A DNA stretch of 64,000 bases, taken from assembly GCF_009914755.1 (NCBI RefSeq), contig NC_060930.1. One strand, 5' to 3'. The number at the start of each line of letters is the position of its first letter. Position 1 is the stretch's first letter. The position numbers were made by a program, and so were the translations under genes. A model generated the notes under the pieces. The model searched no databases. It saw only the letters and a program-made list of their open reading frames with translations, and was not told the origin of the DNA. Positions 1 through 14,600 of this stretch are shown in pieces. This stretch comes from the human T2T-CHM13v2.0 reference genome, Homo sapiens.

Positions 1-59
1 CCATAATGTTCACATATAGTTTATTTCCTTTGTATTTGTTTTGAATTTTTTACAACTGT

Positions 60-429
60 ATCAATAGTTAACAAATAAATGCATACATTCAACGTATACA
101 ATGTGATGCTATGCTGTATGTATTGATTGCAAAATGATTACACAATCAAGCTAATTAACACATTTATTATCTCACAGTTATTTTGTAGTGAGAACTCTTA
201 AGATCTACTGTCTTGGCAAATTTCAAGTAGACAATACAGCATTACTGACTATAGTCATCATGCTGTACATTAGATCTCCAAGACTTATTCATCTTATAAC
301 TGAAAGTTTGTATTCTTTGACCAACATCTCCCCATTTCCCACTTCCCAGCCTCTGGTAACCACCCTTCTACTCTGCGTCTGTGAGTTTGACTTTTTTAGA
401 TTCTACATACAAGTGAGATCATGCAGTAT
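60..429 (-). mobile_element. L1MA-type LINE-1 3' end fragment
   Basis: Antisense L1MA 3'UTR motifs: acttattcatcttataactgaaagtttgta, tagattctacatacaagtgagatcatgcagtat. Confidence 0.8.
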
Positions 430-1220
430 GAAACCACCAGAAGACCCTGAATAGCCAAAACAATCCTGAACAAAGCTGGAGACATCATACTTTTTTATTT
501 CAAACTATATTACAAAACTATAGTAATCAAAACAGTATGGTAGTGGCATAAAAACAGACATGACACATAGACCAATGAAACAGAGTAGAGAGCCCAGAAA
601 TAAACCCAAGCATATGCAGTCAACATCCACAATGGGGAAAAAATTTTCTCTTAATCGATGGTTCTGGGAAAACAGGATATCCATAAGCAAATGAATGAAC
701 TTGGACCCTTATAATGAAACTGACCCAATAGTCCCATAGACAGTTCTTTTTGATAAACATAGAAATTGACCCTTCTGGCCTTAAAGCTTGAAATTCATAT
801 TTGAAATTTTAAAACATATAAACATTTATTTTTTTTTAATCTCAGTTCCTTCTTCAGGAAACTACCTTCAGCCCTCTCAAGAAAAAAGTAAGAAAGGACT
901 GAAACTCACCAGATCACAGAATCCAGACAATGAGATGCTGGACTTCTCCTTCATCAGGATTGCTTCCTTGCTTCTTCTTAGTTCCTGTTTTCTTACACAT
1001 TGTTACATTTCTTCCCTGCTATATAAAACCCCTAATTTTAGTCAGTCAGGGAGATGGATTTCAGGCTGAGCTCCCATCTTGTCGGCTTCAGCACCTGATT
1101 AAAGCCTTCTTCCTTGGCAGTACTCATCAGCTCAGTCCTTGACTTTCTGTGCTGCAGGCAGCAGGACCTAGACCAAACCCCTGATGTTTCAGTAACAATA
1201 CCATAAACACAAATTAACTA
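430..1220 (+). mobile_element. L1M ORF2 3'-region fragment, interrupted by an LTR at 715-1197
   Basis: gaatagccaaaacaatcctgaacaaagctggagacatcata...acagtatggtagtggcataaaaacagaca...ttggacccttat [LTR] accataaacacaaattaac. Confidence 0.75.
715..1197 (+). mobile_element. ERV1 solo LTR (LTR26-like)
   Basis: Termini TGAAACTGACCCAATAGTCCCATAGACAG...TCAGTAACA; TATA-like ctatataaaacccc; ATTAAA signal; imperfect 4-bp TSD ataa/atac. Confidence 0.7.
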
Positions 1221-1382
1221 CATTTTATTCAGACAATTGTACATCTTGAATAAGTTGCCATTTACCCAAGAAACAGCCGGGAACTCAACCGAATTCTCTT
1301 TTTCAAGGCCCCTTCTGCTCCTGACAGGAGGGGACGGGGGCAGCCTTTGGAACAGCAGGCAGGGCACAGACAGGACCCAGGA

Positions 1383-1402
1383 CATACCATACCATACCAT
1401 AC
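1383..1402 (+). repeat. (ACCAT)n pentanucleotide microsatellite, ~4 units
   Basis: cataccataccataccatac. Confidence 0.7.
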
Positions 1403-2029
1403 ACGGTCAGAACAAGGAGGGTCCTCAAAGACCAAGTGCTCCAACCCCAAACCTCACCCCATCAGCAGGAGAACTGGTCAGTGATTCCTCAGCCTCTTCT
1501 GGAATATTCTCAGGGGATTTGCCAGCTGTTGCCCACCTTCTCCCTCCATGAAGCTGCAGTCCCTACCCTGCAGCTTCTGACCATTTAACCTCTGATGGAA
1601 ATCTCCTTAAGGGTGGCCTTAGGAGAGTGTTCACGGATTAGGTTCTTGTACTAGCATTCAGGAATGTACAACTAAGAATGGAATTCTGTTCCTTTGATAA
1701 TGGGTCCTAACAGTATGTATTATGTGCAAATGCCCCTTTCTGTGTAGCCATGGTGATTTCCTGGTTTGCTGCACGTGGGTCTGTCTGCATTTGCGTCGGT
1801 CAGCCTGTCATTGTCCCTAGCCCTCCCACACTCTCAACTGGGTCCGTGGACCCTTCCCTGCCTACCCTTAGAATCCAGGATCAGAGGAAACCGGACCAGC
1901 TGCAAGCAAGAGGGGTTTATGGACTATCAGTTCACCCCTCTAACACTTGGCACCCTCTCTGTCATAGCTCATCCAATTCTATTACTTCACCTGGCTGTGG
2001 TCTTGTGTCTGCTCCAAACACAAGGCAGT

Positions 2030-2370
2030 GAGGGACTTAGCACCCGGGCCAGCAGCTGCGGAGGGGGCGCCAGGTCCCCCATCACTGCCAGCCCGCCCAC
2101 GCGGCGCTCGAATTTTCGCAGGGCCTCAGCCGCCTCCCCGTGGGGCAGGGCTCCGAATCTGCAGCCCGCCACGCCGGAGCACCCCCGCAGGGGGTTCCCA
2201 TGCGGCCCGAGCCTCCCCAAGGGGCGCCGCCTACTGCTCCGCGGCGCCCGGTCCCATTGACCACCCAGCGGCTCAGGAGTGCAGGCGCACGCAGTAGGAG
2301 TGCGGGCAGCTCCAGCTGCGGTCGCGGCGCAGGATCTCCTAAGGAAAGCCAGCTGGGCTCCTGAGTCAGG
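2030..2370. promoter_or_regulatory. CpG-rich island-like segment in LTR12 U3
   Basis: High GC with many retained CpGs, against a CpG-poor background. Confidence 0.6.
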
Positions 2371-2417
2371 TGGTGACTTGAAGAACTTTCATGTCTAGCT
2401 GGAGGATTGTATATGCG

Positions 2418-2810
2418 CCAATCAGCACTGTGTGTCTAGCTGCGGGTTGGGGGGCGGGGGTTGGTTTGTGGATGCACCAATCAGCACTCTGTATCTAGCT
2501 AATTTGGTGGGGACTTGGACAACATTTATGTGTAGCTAGAGGATTGTAAATGCACCAATCAGCACTCTGTGTCTAGCTCAGGGATTATAAATACACCAAT
2601 CAGCATTCTGTGTCTAGCTAAAGGTTTGTAAACGCACCAATCAGTGCTCTGTGTCTAGCTAATCTAGTGGGGACTCAGAGAACTTCTGTGTCTAGCTCAA
2701 GGTTCGTAAATGCACCAATCAGCAGCCTGTGAAAAATGGGCCAATCAGCAGGATGTGGGTGGGGTCAGATAAGGGAATAAAAGCAGGTGGTTCGAGCTAG
2801 CAGCCGCGAT
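2418..2810 (+). promoter_or_regulatory. LTR12 enhancer/promoter: 7 CCAAT (NF-Y) boxes, GATA site, AATAAA TATA-like box
   Basis: CCAAT at 2418, 2477, 2555, 2596, 2637, 2715, 2741; AGATAA 2767; AATAAA 2776; known ERV9 LTR promoter layout. Confidence 0.75.
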
Positions 2811-3169
2811 TTGTTGAAATTCTGTAGTAGGTGTGTTTGTAGTCGTGCTGTCTTTATGAGCTGCAACACTCATTTTAGAGGTCTGTAGCTTTCCTCCTGA
2901 AGACCCCTAGATCGTGAACTCACTAGAAGGGACGAGTGACTCCAGACACGTAGCTTTTAAAAGCTGTAACACCATGAAGGTTTGCAGCTGCATTCTTGTA
3001 GTCAGCATATACCACGAACCCACTAGGAGGAAAATATTTGAGACGCATCTGAACAGTTGAAGGTATAAACTCTAGACACACCATCTTTTAACAACTGTAA
3101 CAGTACGAGGGTCAGTGGTTTCGTTCTAGAAGTCAGCAAAACAGAACCCACCAATTTGGGACACACCTG

Positions 3170-3338
3170 GACAAACGTCAGCCTACCGTGAAAACTTTTA
3201 AAGATGTAAATTACCTAACCGCGCTCCACACCTTTGGAGTCCACAGTTCGGAGGTGGATCCCAGAGCCAGCTCTCTGCATTTTAGCAAGCTCTTACGGTG
3301 GTTCTGATGCACATTGCAGCTTGAGAACCACGGTCCTA
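3170..3338. mobile_element. MER5-family hAT-Charlie MITE fragment
   Basis: ctctgcattttagcaagctc...ttctgatgcacattgcagcttgagaaccac. Confidence 0.65.
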
Positions 3339-3926
3339 CGTTGTAACTGTTACCTTCTGGCTGTACAAAGTCTACTGCTGTGTCTTCTATGCTCCCACCC
3401 TGGCTTGGTTAGAGACTATCCCTTTCGGGCAACTATGATCCATGGCAGCCTTAGGAAGCCCACGTATAAGCTGACTCCAGCTGCTGCTGTCTTCCTCCAC
3501 TGTCCCTGGGCTGAGTTCCCATCATAGCATCTATAGATAACCTCATTCCTCCCTGAGCTTTCTTTGCTCCTTGTCTTTCCTTTCAAATGTAGTAAAGTTG
3601 TCTCATGCCCTGCTGAAGACTGTTGGGGTGCAAAAAGTCGGGCCCTGGGCTTGGAGTGAGTGGCCCTGGGCCCCACCAGGTGCTGCTGTTTGAGCTATGG
3701 ACAGCCAGTTAAATGACCAGCAGGTGTGAAGTATCTGACCCAGGGCTCAAAGCCTCTCCACCCATGGCTTCCTAGGACTGTGCCCAGCGTCTCTTCCCTC
3801 CTTTTGAGTATCCCTCATCTCTAAAACCAGGGTGGTACTGCTTACCTTAACACAAGCCAGATCTTAAGCAAAACAAGACTGGAGACTTTATAAACGTCAA
3901 GACTTGCCGACCAAAGTGTGGCTTAT

Positions 3927-4549
<623 letters not shown>

Positions 4550-4852
4550 TCAGCAGCAGTGGCATCCCCTAGGATTCTGTTAGGAATGCAGAATCTCAGG
4601 CCACACTCAGGCCCCTGAGAATCTGCATTTTAACAAGGTCCCAGGGGATGCATCTGTAAAGTCTGAGAGGCGCTGATTTAAATAACTAGAAGAATGGGAG
4701 ACACTACATATGTATCTGTCTTCAAGTTCTTCCGTCACACCCCTTCCCTCTCAGTGCTTTCCCACCTCCAGAAGAAATGCTGTCCTCTCCCTTGTCTAGA
4801 GCAGTCGTTCCTAACCAGCTGGCCCATGAGAATCACCTGCACCAACACTTAG

Positions 4853-5978
<1,126 letters not shown>

Positions 5979-7107
5979 CACATTCGGCTATTTTTTAATT
6001 CCCTAGATCATTCTCATGTGGGTCCAGGGTGAAAGCGCCTATAAGCCAACTCCACTATGGTTCCACTCTTCAGTTCCACCGTCTCCCAGGGAGCTCCTCG
6101 CCACACCATTTGCCTCACCTCTGCCTCTCCACACCTGTACCTCTCCACTCTCTACTCACCGCCCTCCCCACTGCATCACCAAACACCCCTCACCCCATCA
6201 TCCCTGGCTTGCCTCTCCCTTTGGCTCCTAGAACAGTCCTGTGACTTTCACTTGACCAGAATTCGGAGAAAATCCTGATATGGATTTTAAACCTCACACA
6301 TGGACAGAGCTCTCTCCACTGCGATGCCAAACATCCACTTCTCTGTCCTTCCAACTCTCATCCTGCCTCACTTCCTCTGCTCTCCAATTCCACAAGCAAG
6401 TGGTCCCTGCTTTCGGCCCCCATTTCTGCCACAGTATGACTCCTACTTGCTGGAAGTTAAAAGGCCTCTCCCAACACCTCTCCAAGGCAACGGCACCACA
6501 GCCTTCAGACTACCTGTGCTCAATGCCTGCGGGAGAACACTGGTAAAAGGCGGTTTACTTGAGGAGTTCACTGCTATTGGGTAAACAAAGGAGGATTTTT
6601 CAAGAAACCTCCAGTATCCATAAGACAATAGATCAAAGAGGAGCCCACATAAGCCAAGGGAGGCCCAATGAAGAAGAAAGGGTTGGCTCTGTTCCACCTG
6701 GGAAGCACCTGCCCACCAAGAACTGGGGATCTGAAGGGATCTTTTTCTGTCAGTGGCAAAGCTGGGAGTTCCTCCGGGGCCTGAAGCAGAAAGCAGACAG
6801 GACCAGAAGAACATGCATACTTCTCAAAGAAACACAGAGAACAGCCCCACGGGCTGGACCCTGTAACTGAAGAAAGGAGTCAGGAACTTTTTGCTCTAAG
6901 AGTCCTTGCTGAAACGGCGTAATGTTGTAGGGACTGTCGCGGCCCTGTGTTGTACCCTCACACATCCGCACCTATGGCGTGCTGGTGGTGTTGAATTCTA
7001 GAAGCCGACTTGAAAATAAATTGTTGCCCATCCTCCCATCATTCACTCATCAAATATGTCATCAATGCCTACTTCATGCTAAGAGTTAGAGAAACACACA
7101 TCATGAG

Positions 7108-7497
<390 letters not shown>

Positions 7498-8709
7498 TTA
7501 AAAAAAAAAAAATAGAAGAGAATGCAGGTAACCAGTGTTTTGGGAACCCAGAAGGGATCCTTCTGTGGGGCTAGGAGATAAGGCAAGGTTTACGGCCCTG
7601 AGGATGCCGAAAGCTTCAGGGATGAAAGCGGGGACTCCAGGCTTATAAAATATGATTGATCCCTTTCACCTCTTTTTTTCATCCCCAAACAGCTCACTTT
7701 ACTGAAATTGACATCACAGGCCACTGTTTTTAAGGTTTGGCATCAGAATTGTGAAATGGTTGTCTAGAGACGTGCTGATCCTGCTGGACAATGAGACAGT
7801 GTCTATTTCTCCAAACCCTTTAGAAACCCGAACACTCTCACTGAAACAATGAGAAGGTCACTCTGATAGGCTAAAATGGAATTAAATGGTTGTGCTAATT
7901 TATATTTCTTAGACTACTAGTAAAACTAAACATGCTTTCAAGATAAATGACATGGAATTTGTCTTTAATTGACTCCTTTTTTGTCCCCTGCTCCAGAGCC
8001 ATGTTGTTTTTTCTTTGATGTCTCTACTTTGTCCCTGTCTCTCCATCTCTGATGTCCTCCACCCAGTCCAGGCCCACATCACTGCTCCCTATTTTCCTGG
8101 CCTAAATTGTACCCCTGGCCCCAGTCCTCCAGCCTGCTCCGTGCACCTGCTTCTCCTGCTAAGACAGCCCTTCCATCAGATCACTCCCTCCTTCAGAAGC
8201 TCTGAGGCTCCTGATTGCTCAACAGACTGAGTCTTCTGCTAGCTTTCCAGGCTGTCCATAGAGGGGACTCTTCCTGCCTAACATCCAACCACCCCTTGTC
8301 TCAGCCCGGCCTCTTCCCATCCCTGCATCCCCACCCAACACTGCTCTCTCTTTAAGGCATCACACTTTGGAGCTCCTCTCTGCACCTTATCCTGGTTACA
8401 GGACAGGAAATCTACAACTTGTCCTCCTAATTTCAATCTAAGTTAGCCATTTGTGACCAAGAACCCAGAATCCTCTAGAAACATGTTAACTGCTGACAGC
8501 CTGTATCACAAAAGTAGCTTAAGCCCAGAATAGAGCTGAACCACAGTGCTGACAGTCCCTTCCCACATTCAGGGTTTGGGGAAGCATGATGCTTCCAGAA
8601 ACAGCACATCACATCAAAGAGACCACAGCTCAGTAAAGTCCCTGCCCTGCCACCTACTTAGAAGGAATTTGGGAAGGTTATCTCACTCTCTAAACTTTAT
8701 TTTCCTTGG

Positions 8710-9030
8710 TGTCCCAAGTTGGGGGTTCCAGGAGAAAGACACTGAGATGGAGTTTGGTTTGCAGGATATTTATTAGAAATCAACGTTTACAGAAAAGAGA
8801 TGGAAGAATCACAGCTGGGCAGAGGGACCAAGCCTCAGCCAACCCAATGGAAAACTCTGGGGCCTATGTGACAACCCTGAAATTGTCCCCTATTGGCCAG
8901 AATGGCCAAGGCTTTATCCCCTTGCCTGGATCAGTCATCGATGTAGACAGCCCAGGGTGTACACTGCATGGAAGAGGCCGACTGCTGGAGGCTCTGGGCT
9001 GCACACCTCCATACCCACTGCACTTGTTTA
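8710..9030 (-). mobile_element. ERVL LTR (LTR40/LTR41-like)
   Basis: tgtcccaagttggggg...gacactgagatggagtttggtttgcaggatatttatt...gcctcagccaacccaatgg. Confidence 0.6.
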
Positions 9031-9034
9031 TAGA

Positions 9035-9400
9035 AGGAGGTAATAATAACAGGACCTACCCTATGTTGTTGCAATGATGACATAAATGAAACATTTAGCA
9101 CATAGCATGTCTGGCACAGAACAGGAATTCAATAAATGCTTGCCGTTATTGTCATTGTCATCACAGGTCGAGTAACAGCTGGAGGAAGAGTCCTCCCCTT
9201 CAGTAATTCATCGAGTGCATGCATTGAGCACTTATCATGTGTCAGGCACAGTTCAAGGATCAGGAGTGCTGCTCTGAGGTTACAGGTGTTCAGTAGGTGG
9301 CCATGACAGGCCTTGCCCAGAAAAGAAAACTTGAGCAAAGACTTGACGAGGCTAGAAACAGGAGACAGCCATGCAACCGCCCTAGAGAAGGAGCAAGCCT
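9035..9400. mobile_element. MIR and L2 remnants
   Basis: ggtaataataacaggacctacc...catttagcacatagcatgtctggcacag; attgagcacttatcatgtgtcaggcac. Confidence 0.6.
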
Positions 9401-9539
9401 AGAACGTTCCAGGCCAGAGGGGCTGAACAAAGTGAGCCAGAGGGAATGGGGTGGGAGTAAAAGTCAGACAGGCAAGACTGCTTCTGGGGTGGAGGGGCAA
9501 GTGTCAAAATAAACCAAACTCAGATCTGATCAAGTCTCG

Positions 9540-10162
9540 CCATCAACTTAAAGGTACAGAAATACAGGGGCAGATCAACATGGTAATACAGAGCAACATG
9601 ATAATACCTTGAGATTATCATCAGCACAAGTAAGGCTGTGGAAGACTCTACAGGAAAAGTGACCTAGTTTCTTCAAAAACAGCCAAAAACTGAAAAATTG
9701 CAAGAAAGAGGTAATGAAGAGGCTCCTATGGATTAAGACTTGAACAAATCAACCAATCCCACTATAAAAACCTTATTTGGATCCCAATTCCAACCAGCAA
9801 ACTGTCTTACCACTATTCATCAGCATCTTATAACTGAGAAAATATAAACAATGGCTGGACTTTTAATAATAATAAAGAATTGCTACAAATTATTTTTAGG
9901 CATCATAATGAAATTGCTTTGTGGGCTTTTTTGAGCCCTTATCTTTGAGAGATAGGTACTGAAATCGTTATGGATAAAATGATAGGATGCCTGAAATTTG
10001 CTTCAGAAATAATCAAGGGGTGGGGGAAGGAGGTGGAAGTGAGAGAAAGACTGTCCATATTTGGCAACTGTTGAAGCTGTGATGGGTACATAAAGATGTA
10101 TTATGCTATTCCCTCTACTACACTGTTTTATGTACATTTGCAATTTCCCATAATAAAAGGTT
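9540..10162 (+). mobile_element. L1ME/L1MC 3' fragment
   Basis: tactgaaatcgttatggataaaatgatagg...ctgtgatgggtacataaag...aatttccataataaaa. Confidence 0.7.
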
Positions 10163-10439
10163 GCAAATACACCTGCCAGTGATTCTGAAGCATTGCCTCA
10201 AACTCCTCCAGGACACTCCCTCCACAATTACTACGTTTGACTGGAATCCACCCATCCCCTACCTGGAATCTCTTGGACATCCTCAGACCCTCCAGTGATC
10301 ACTGAATGGAATGCTGATTTTCTCCAGTGCTTAAAGCCAAAAGCAGGTTTTTCCAGGCCCACCTGACCTTCCACAGCTTGAGGGCATCCAGCCAACGTGC
10401 CTGACTGTGGTTGGTAAACAACCAGTGAGCTCACAATTT

Positions 10440-10910
10440 CTAAGGGCTAGAGAGACCCAAGAAAATCTCATGCACATATGCAACAAAAGACTGTTTATAA
10501 GAATGTTTATAGTTGCTATATTCCTAATTGCCAAAAATGGAAACAGCCAAATGTCTATCCACAACAGATGGGTAAATAAGGTATGGTATAATTATGTGAT
10601 GGAATACTACACAGCCATGAAAAAGATCAAACTTCACATACATGCTGCTACAGAGATGAATTTCACAGACAAAATGTCGAGTGACAGAAGCCGGAGACAA
10701 AAGACTATATATTGTCTGATTCTATTCATACGAAGCCAAAATTGGTGTGTTAGGGGAAGGAAGGGCTACTTACCAGAAAGAGGCATGGGGGTTTCTGGGG
10801 ATGCTGGAAATGTTTTATACCTTGCGGTTACTTGGAAAACATATATGTTAAATTTGGTCAACTATACACTTAAGATTTGTGTGCTCTACTGTGAGTTATA
10901 TTCCAAACTT
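10440..10910 (+). mobile_element. L1M (L1ME/MD-like) 3' fragment
   Basis: aagaatgtttatag...ggaaacagccaaatgtctatc...atggaatactacacagccatgaaaa; source of ORF 10407-10961. Confidence 0.75.
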
Positions 10911-11029
10911 GTGGGGTTTTTTTTATTTAAGAAAAAAAATTTATTATTCCCATCACCATGAAATGGAGGCAAAAAATAAACGCAGGAAAGAAAAAAATTT
11001 TTCTAAGAGAGTCTTTTTTTTAATTACTC

Positions 11030-11310
11030 TTTTTCTGAGACAGTATCTTGCTCTGTTGCCCAGGCTGGAGTGCAGCAGCTCAATCAGCTCACTGCAGCCT
11101 TGATTTCCCGGACTCAAGTGATCCTCCCACCTCAGCCTCCGGAGTAGCTGGGACCACAGACAGGCACCGCCGTGCACCGCTAATTTTTTTTTTTTTTTAA
11201 TTTTGGTAGTGATGAGGTGTTGCCCAGCCTGGTCTCAAACTCCTGGGCTCAAGCGATCCTCCCACCTCCCAAAGTGCTGAGACTACAGGCGTGAGCCACC
11301 GCACCCTGTC
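11030..11310 (-). mobile_element. AluJ
   Basis: Antisense Alu with J-type ctcaagcgatcctcccacctc. Confidence 0.9.
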
Positions 11311-11408
11311 ATTCTAAGGGAGTCTTATGTGTTGGATAATCATATAATGTATTAGCCAAATTTGGAGAGTTCTAAGAGTAAAAACAAGTGCTATTAAGAA
11401 ATACGTCA

Positions 11409-11550
11409 GGCTGGGCATGGTGGCTCATGCCTGCAATCTCAGCATTTTGGGATGCTGAGGTGGGAGGATTGCTTGGGCCCAGGAGTTCAAGACCAGCCTG
11501 GGCAACAAAGTAAGATCCCATCTCTTGAAAAAAAAATATTTTAAAAAAAA
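11409..11550 (+). mobile_element. FLAM/Alu left monomer
   Basis: Single arm plus A tail. Confidence 0.85.
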
Positions 11551-11643
11551 GTAGTATGTCAGAACAACAGGCCTAAGCCAGGCTGTGTGGCTACCCTGAT
11601 TTAATTTATTGGATGTTGACTTCTGGGATCCCTTTCCTGCTTG

Positions 11644-11832
11644 CACCAGTACCTCTCAACCAGTCTACACAGTCCAATCTCCTCTGCAGCTTTTAAGAAT
11701 CCCCTGCTTGGGAATATTGCTTTCCTTGGGAATTCTGGTTTACTTGGTGGAGAAGAGGGCCTGGTTGTCCCCCTTTTTTTTCTTATAACTCTCCAAGTAG
11801 TTCTAATGTACAGTCAGAGTAGACAACGTTGC
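11644..11832. mobile_element. MER5B-like fragment
   Basis: cagtacctctcaacc...ctctccaagtagttctaatgtacagtcagag. Confidence 0.45.
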
Positions 11833-12130
11833 CTCAGGCACAGGATAGTGGTAGTCCACCAAATGGCTCAGCGTGTCCCGGCAGCTGGCAAATTAAGAAA
11901 TAATAATACTAAGGCTGTGTAGAGAAGATAAAGGGACAGTTTTCTTCTGTATGAGTTTCTATGTATTTGCGGGGAAACATGCCCTGTGCATGAACCTGTA
12001 CTTCCATGTTCCTCTTGTATTTCAAAGTCTTGTGCCCAGTTCATGGATTCTTGTCTGTTGAGCTTTTAGCTCTGACACTTATGTTGGATGTTTTTAATTT
12101 TGGTTATTAAAATTATCTTAGTTATCCAAA

Positions 12131-12240
12131 CAAGATGACCAACCATCCTGGCTTGCCTGGGACTGTCCTGCTTTTCACCTCAAAAGTCCCACATCCCAGG
12201 AAACCAGCGTCTCTGGCAAACGGAGATGGTTGGTCACTCG
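12131..12240 (+). mobile_element. MER81 hAT-Blackjack MITE
   Basis: TIRs tgaccaaccatcc/gatggttggtca; internal gggactgtcc...aaagtccc. Confidence 0.75.
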
Positions 12241-12916
12241 CAGTAAAACACATTATTCTGGAATAGTTCTAGTGGCCACATGATTTAAGGAAATTAGATT
12301 GTGGATCTGGAAACTGCTAAGAATTCGGGAAAATCTCCAGCCCCAGCACTGCAGACCCAATTTAGATAATAACTCTCTTCCACTTTTCCAAATTCCTGTC
12401 CACTGTGTGTGGGAAGCTCAGCCTCAGGCCACACTGGCCAGTACAGCTGACAGGCCCAGGGACATTCCTGTCCTCTCCCATCTCACCTCCCTTCCTTCTG
12501 ATATTGTGTGAGCACCAAGATAACTCATGCACTTCTACTTCCCACCCTGTGTGCAGCAGAGAAACATCGCCAGCGTCTCTCTGCCTGTAACAAGCCCACC
12601 TTTGCTTCCAGCTCTGAGAAAGCACGTTATCTGTGTGCTCAGCTCCTGAACCTGGGCTCCCCTCTGCTTTGGTCTCTAACCTGACTTGAAGACGGCCTCT
12701 TCACCCCACCATTTCTGCTTTTTTTTTTTAATTCCTTTTACACACACACCACACAATTTTGTTTTAATTTGACCAATGAATTCACATCACATATTTTTTC
12801 CTCCCAAAGAAGGTTCACACTCAATCTTCTTTGCAAGCCAAATACTTTGCATATCTGAAAGCACATCCTTAGATCATGTGGAGTGTTTTTTTAAGTATTA
12901 TAAAAAGGGATTTCTG

Positions 12917-13223
<307 letters not shown>

Positions 13224-13325
13224 TTAGTTGATATCTACTGATACTTTGCTGTCAATTCTGAAAGGATTGGAAAACAGAAAATGTACAGCCGCTGTAAGCT
13301 TCACAAGTGAGCAGTGAGCCAATTA

Positions 13326-13718
<393 letters not shown>

Positions 13719-14199
13719 CTACTGATTTTCACTCACTTAATATGTCTAAGAAATGGTACTTCACTTTATGCCCAGTAACAGACCTCAAGGGCCATTCCCA
13801 TGTGACTGGGAAAGCTTCCCTCTTCCCCTTGCAGACAGATGTACATTGCTAGCTGTTATACTGATGAAGAAGACACAGTACCCAGAAAAGAATAACCAGT
13901 GACACTCCCCATAAACACTTTCATGAGGAATAGCATCAGAGAAAAAAATGCCTGCACTAGAACCAACTTTCAGAACTGCTACTAGCCAGCTATGAGACAT
14001 CTTTTGCCTCTCAAAGCTTTAGTTTCTCATCCATAAAATAAGGCATTTGCACAAAATTATCTCCACAACCTTCTTTCTACCCCAAAATGCTATGGTCTTC
14101 CTTACTGCATTATTCTTCATTCCTCCTTCATCATTTACTTCCAAAGCATAGTTCACAGGAGTCAAGTATATGATGAAAAAAAAAGATAATGAATAATTA

Positions 14200-14600
14200 C
14201 AATCAGTACATATTAAAGATTAAACAAACCAATTTTAAAAATACAAATAGTAAATATATACATTGCAAAGAAAAAACACAAATGGCTGATAAATATATAA
14301 AAAGATGCTTAACCTCACTAGCAATCAAAAAAATTAAAATGAGATGCCGTTTTTTCTCCATTGAATTGGTAAAAATGTAAAAGAATGATAATGTCAACCG
14401 TTGGCAAGGATGTGGGGAAACAGGAGTGTGACTCAGCACAGACTCCTTAGGGACAATTTCACATTGTCCACAAGCATGTAAAAGTTTAGGTACCCTTTCA
14501 TCTGAATCTATAAACCTTATACTGCAGAGTATTCATATATGTTGCACCACTCTGTGTACTTTTAAAAAATCGAATACAAACTAAAGGCCTTTCTACAGGA
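14200..14600 (+). mobile_element. L1ME-type fragment
   Basis: caaatggctgataaatatataaaaagatgcttaacctcactagcaatc...gttggcaaggatgtggggaaac. Confidence 0.7.

Larger units (their letters stand above)
2024..3165 (+). mobile_element. LTR12 (ERV9) solo LTR, LTR12C/D-like, 5'-truncated
   Basis: GC-rich U3 (gggacttagcacccgggccagc...), tandem ccaatcagcactctgtgtctagct units, U5 repeats (agctgtaacac), 3' end gaacccaccaatttgggacaca. Confidence 0.95.

Noticed and set aside
1766-2364. Overlapping GC-rich ORFs up to 164 aa
   Set aside because: They lie largely in LTR12 U3; stop-poor GC sequence with no recognisable protein.
2410-2760. Regularly spaced repeats resembling a CRISPR array
   Set aside because: These are the known LTR12 U3 CCAAT tandem units, with no unique spacers or cas genes; the context is primate.
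6280-6971. Several 60-120 aa ORFs suggesting a processed pseudogene
   Set aside because: No recognisable parent protein, poly(A) tail or TSD.
10407-10961. 184-aa ORF, the longest in the window
   Set aside because: Degenerate L1 ORF2 C-terminus/3'UTR remnant.
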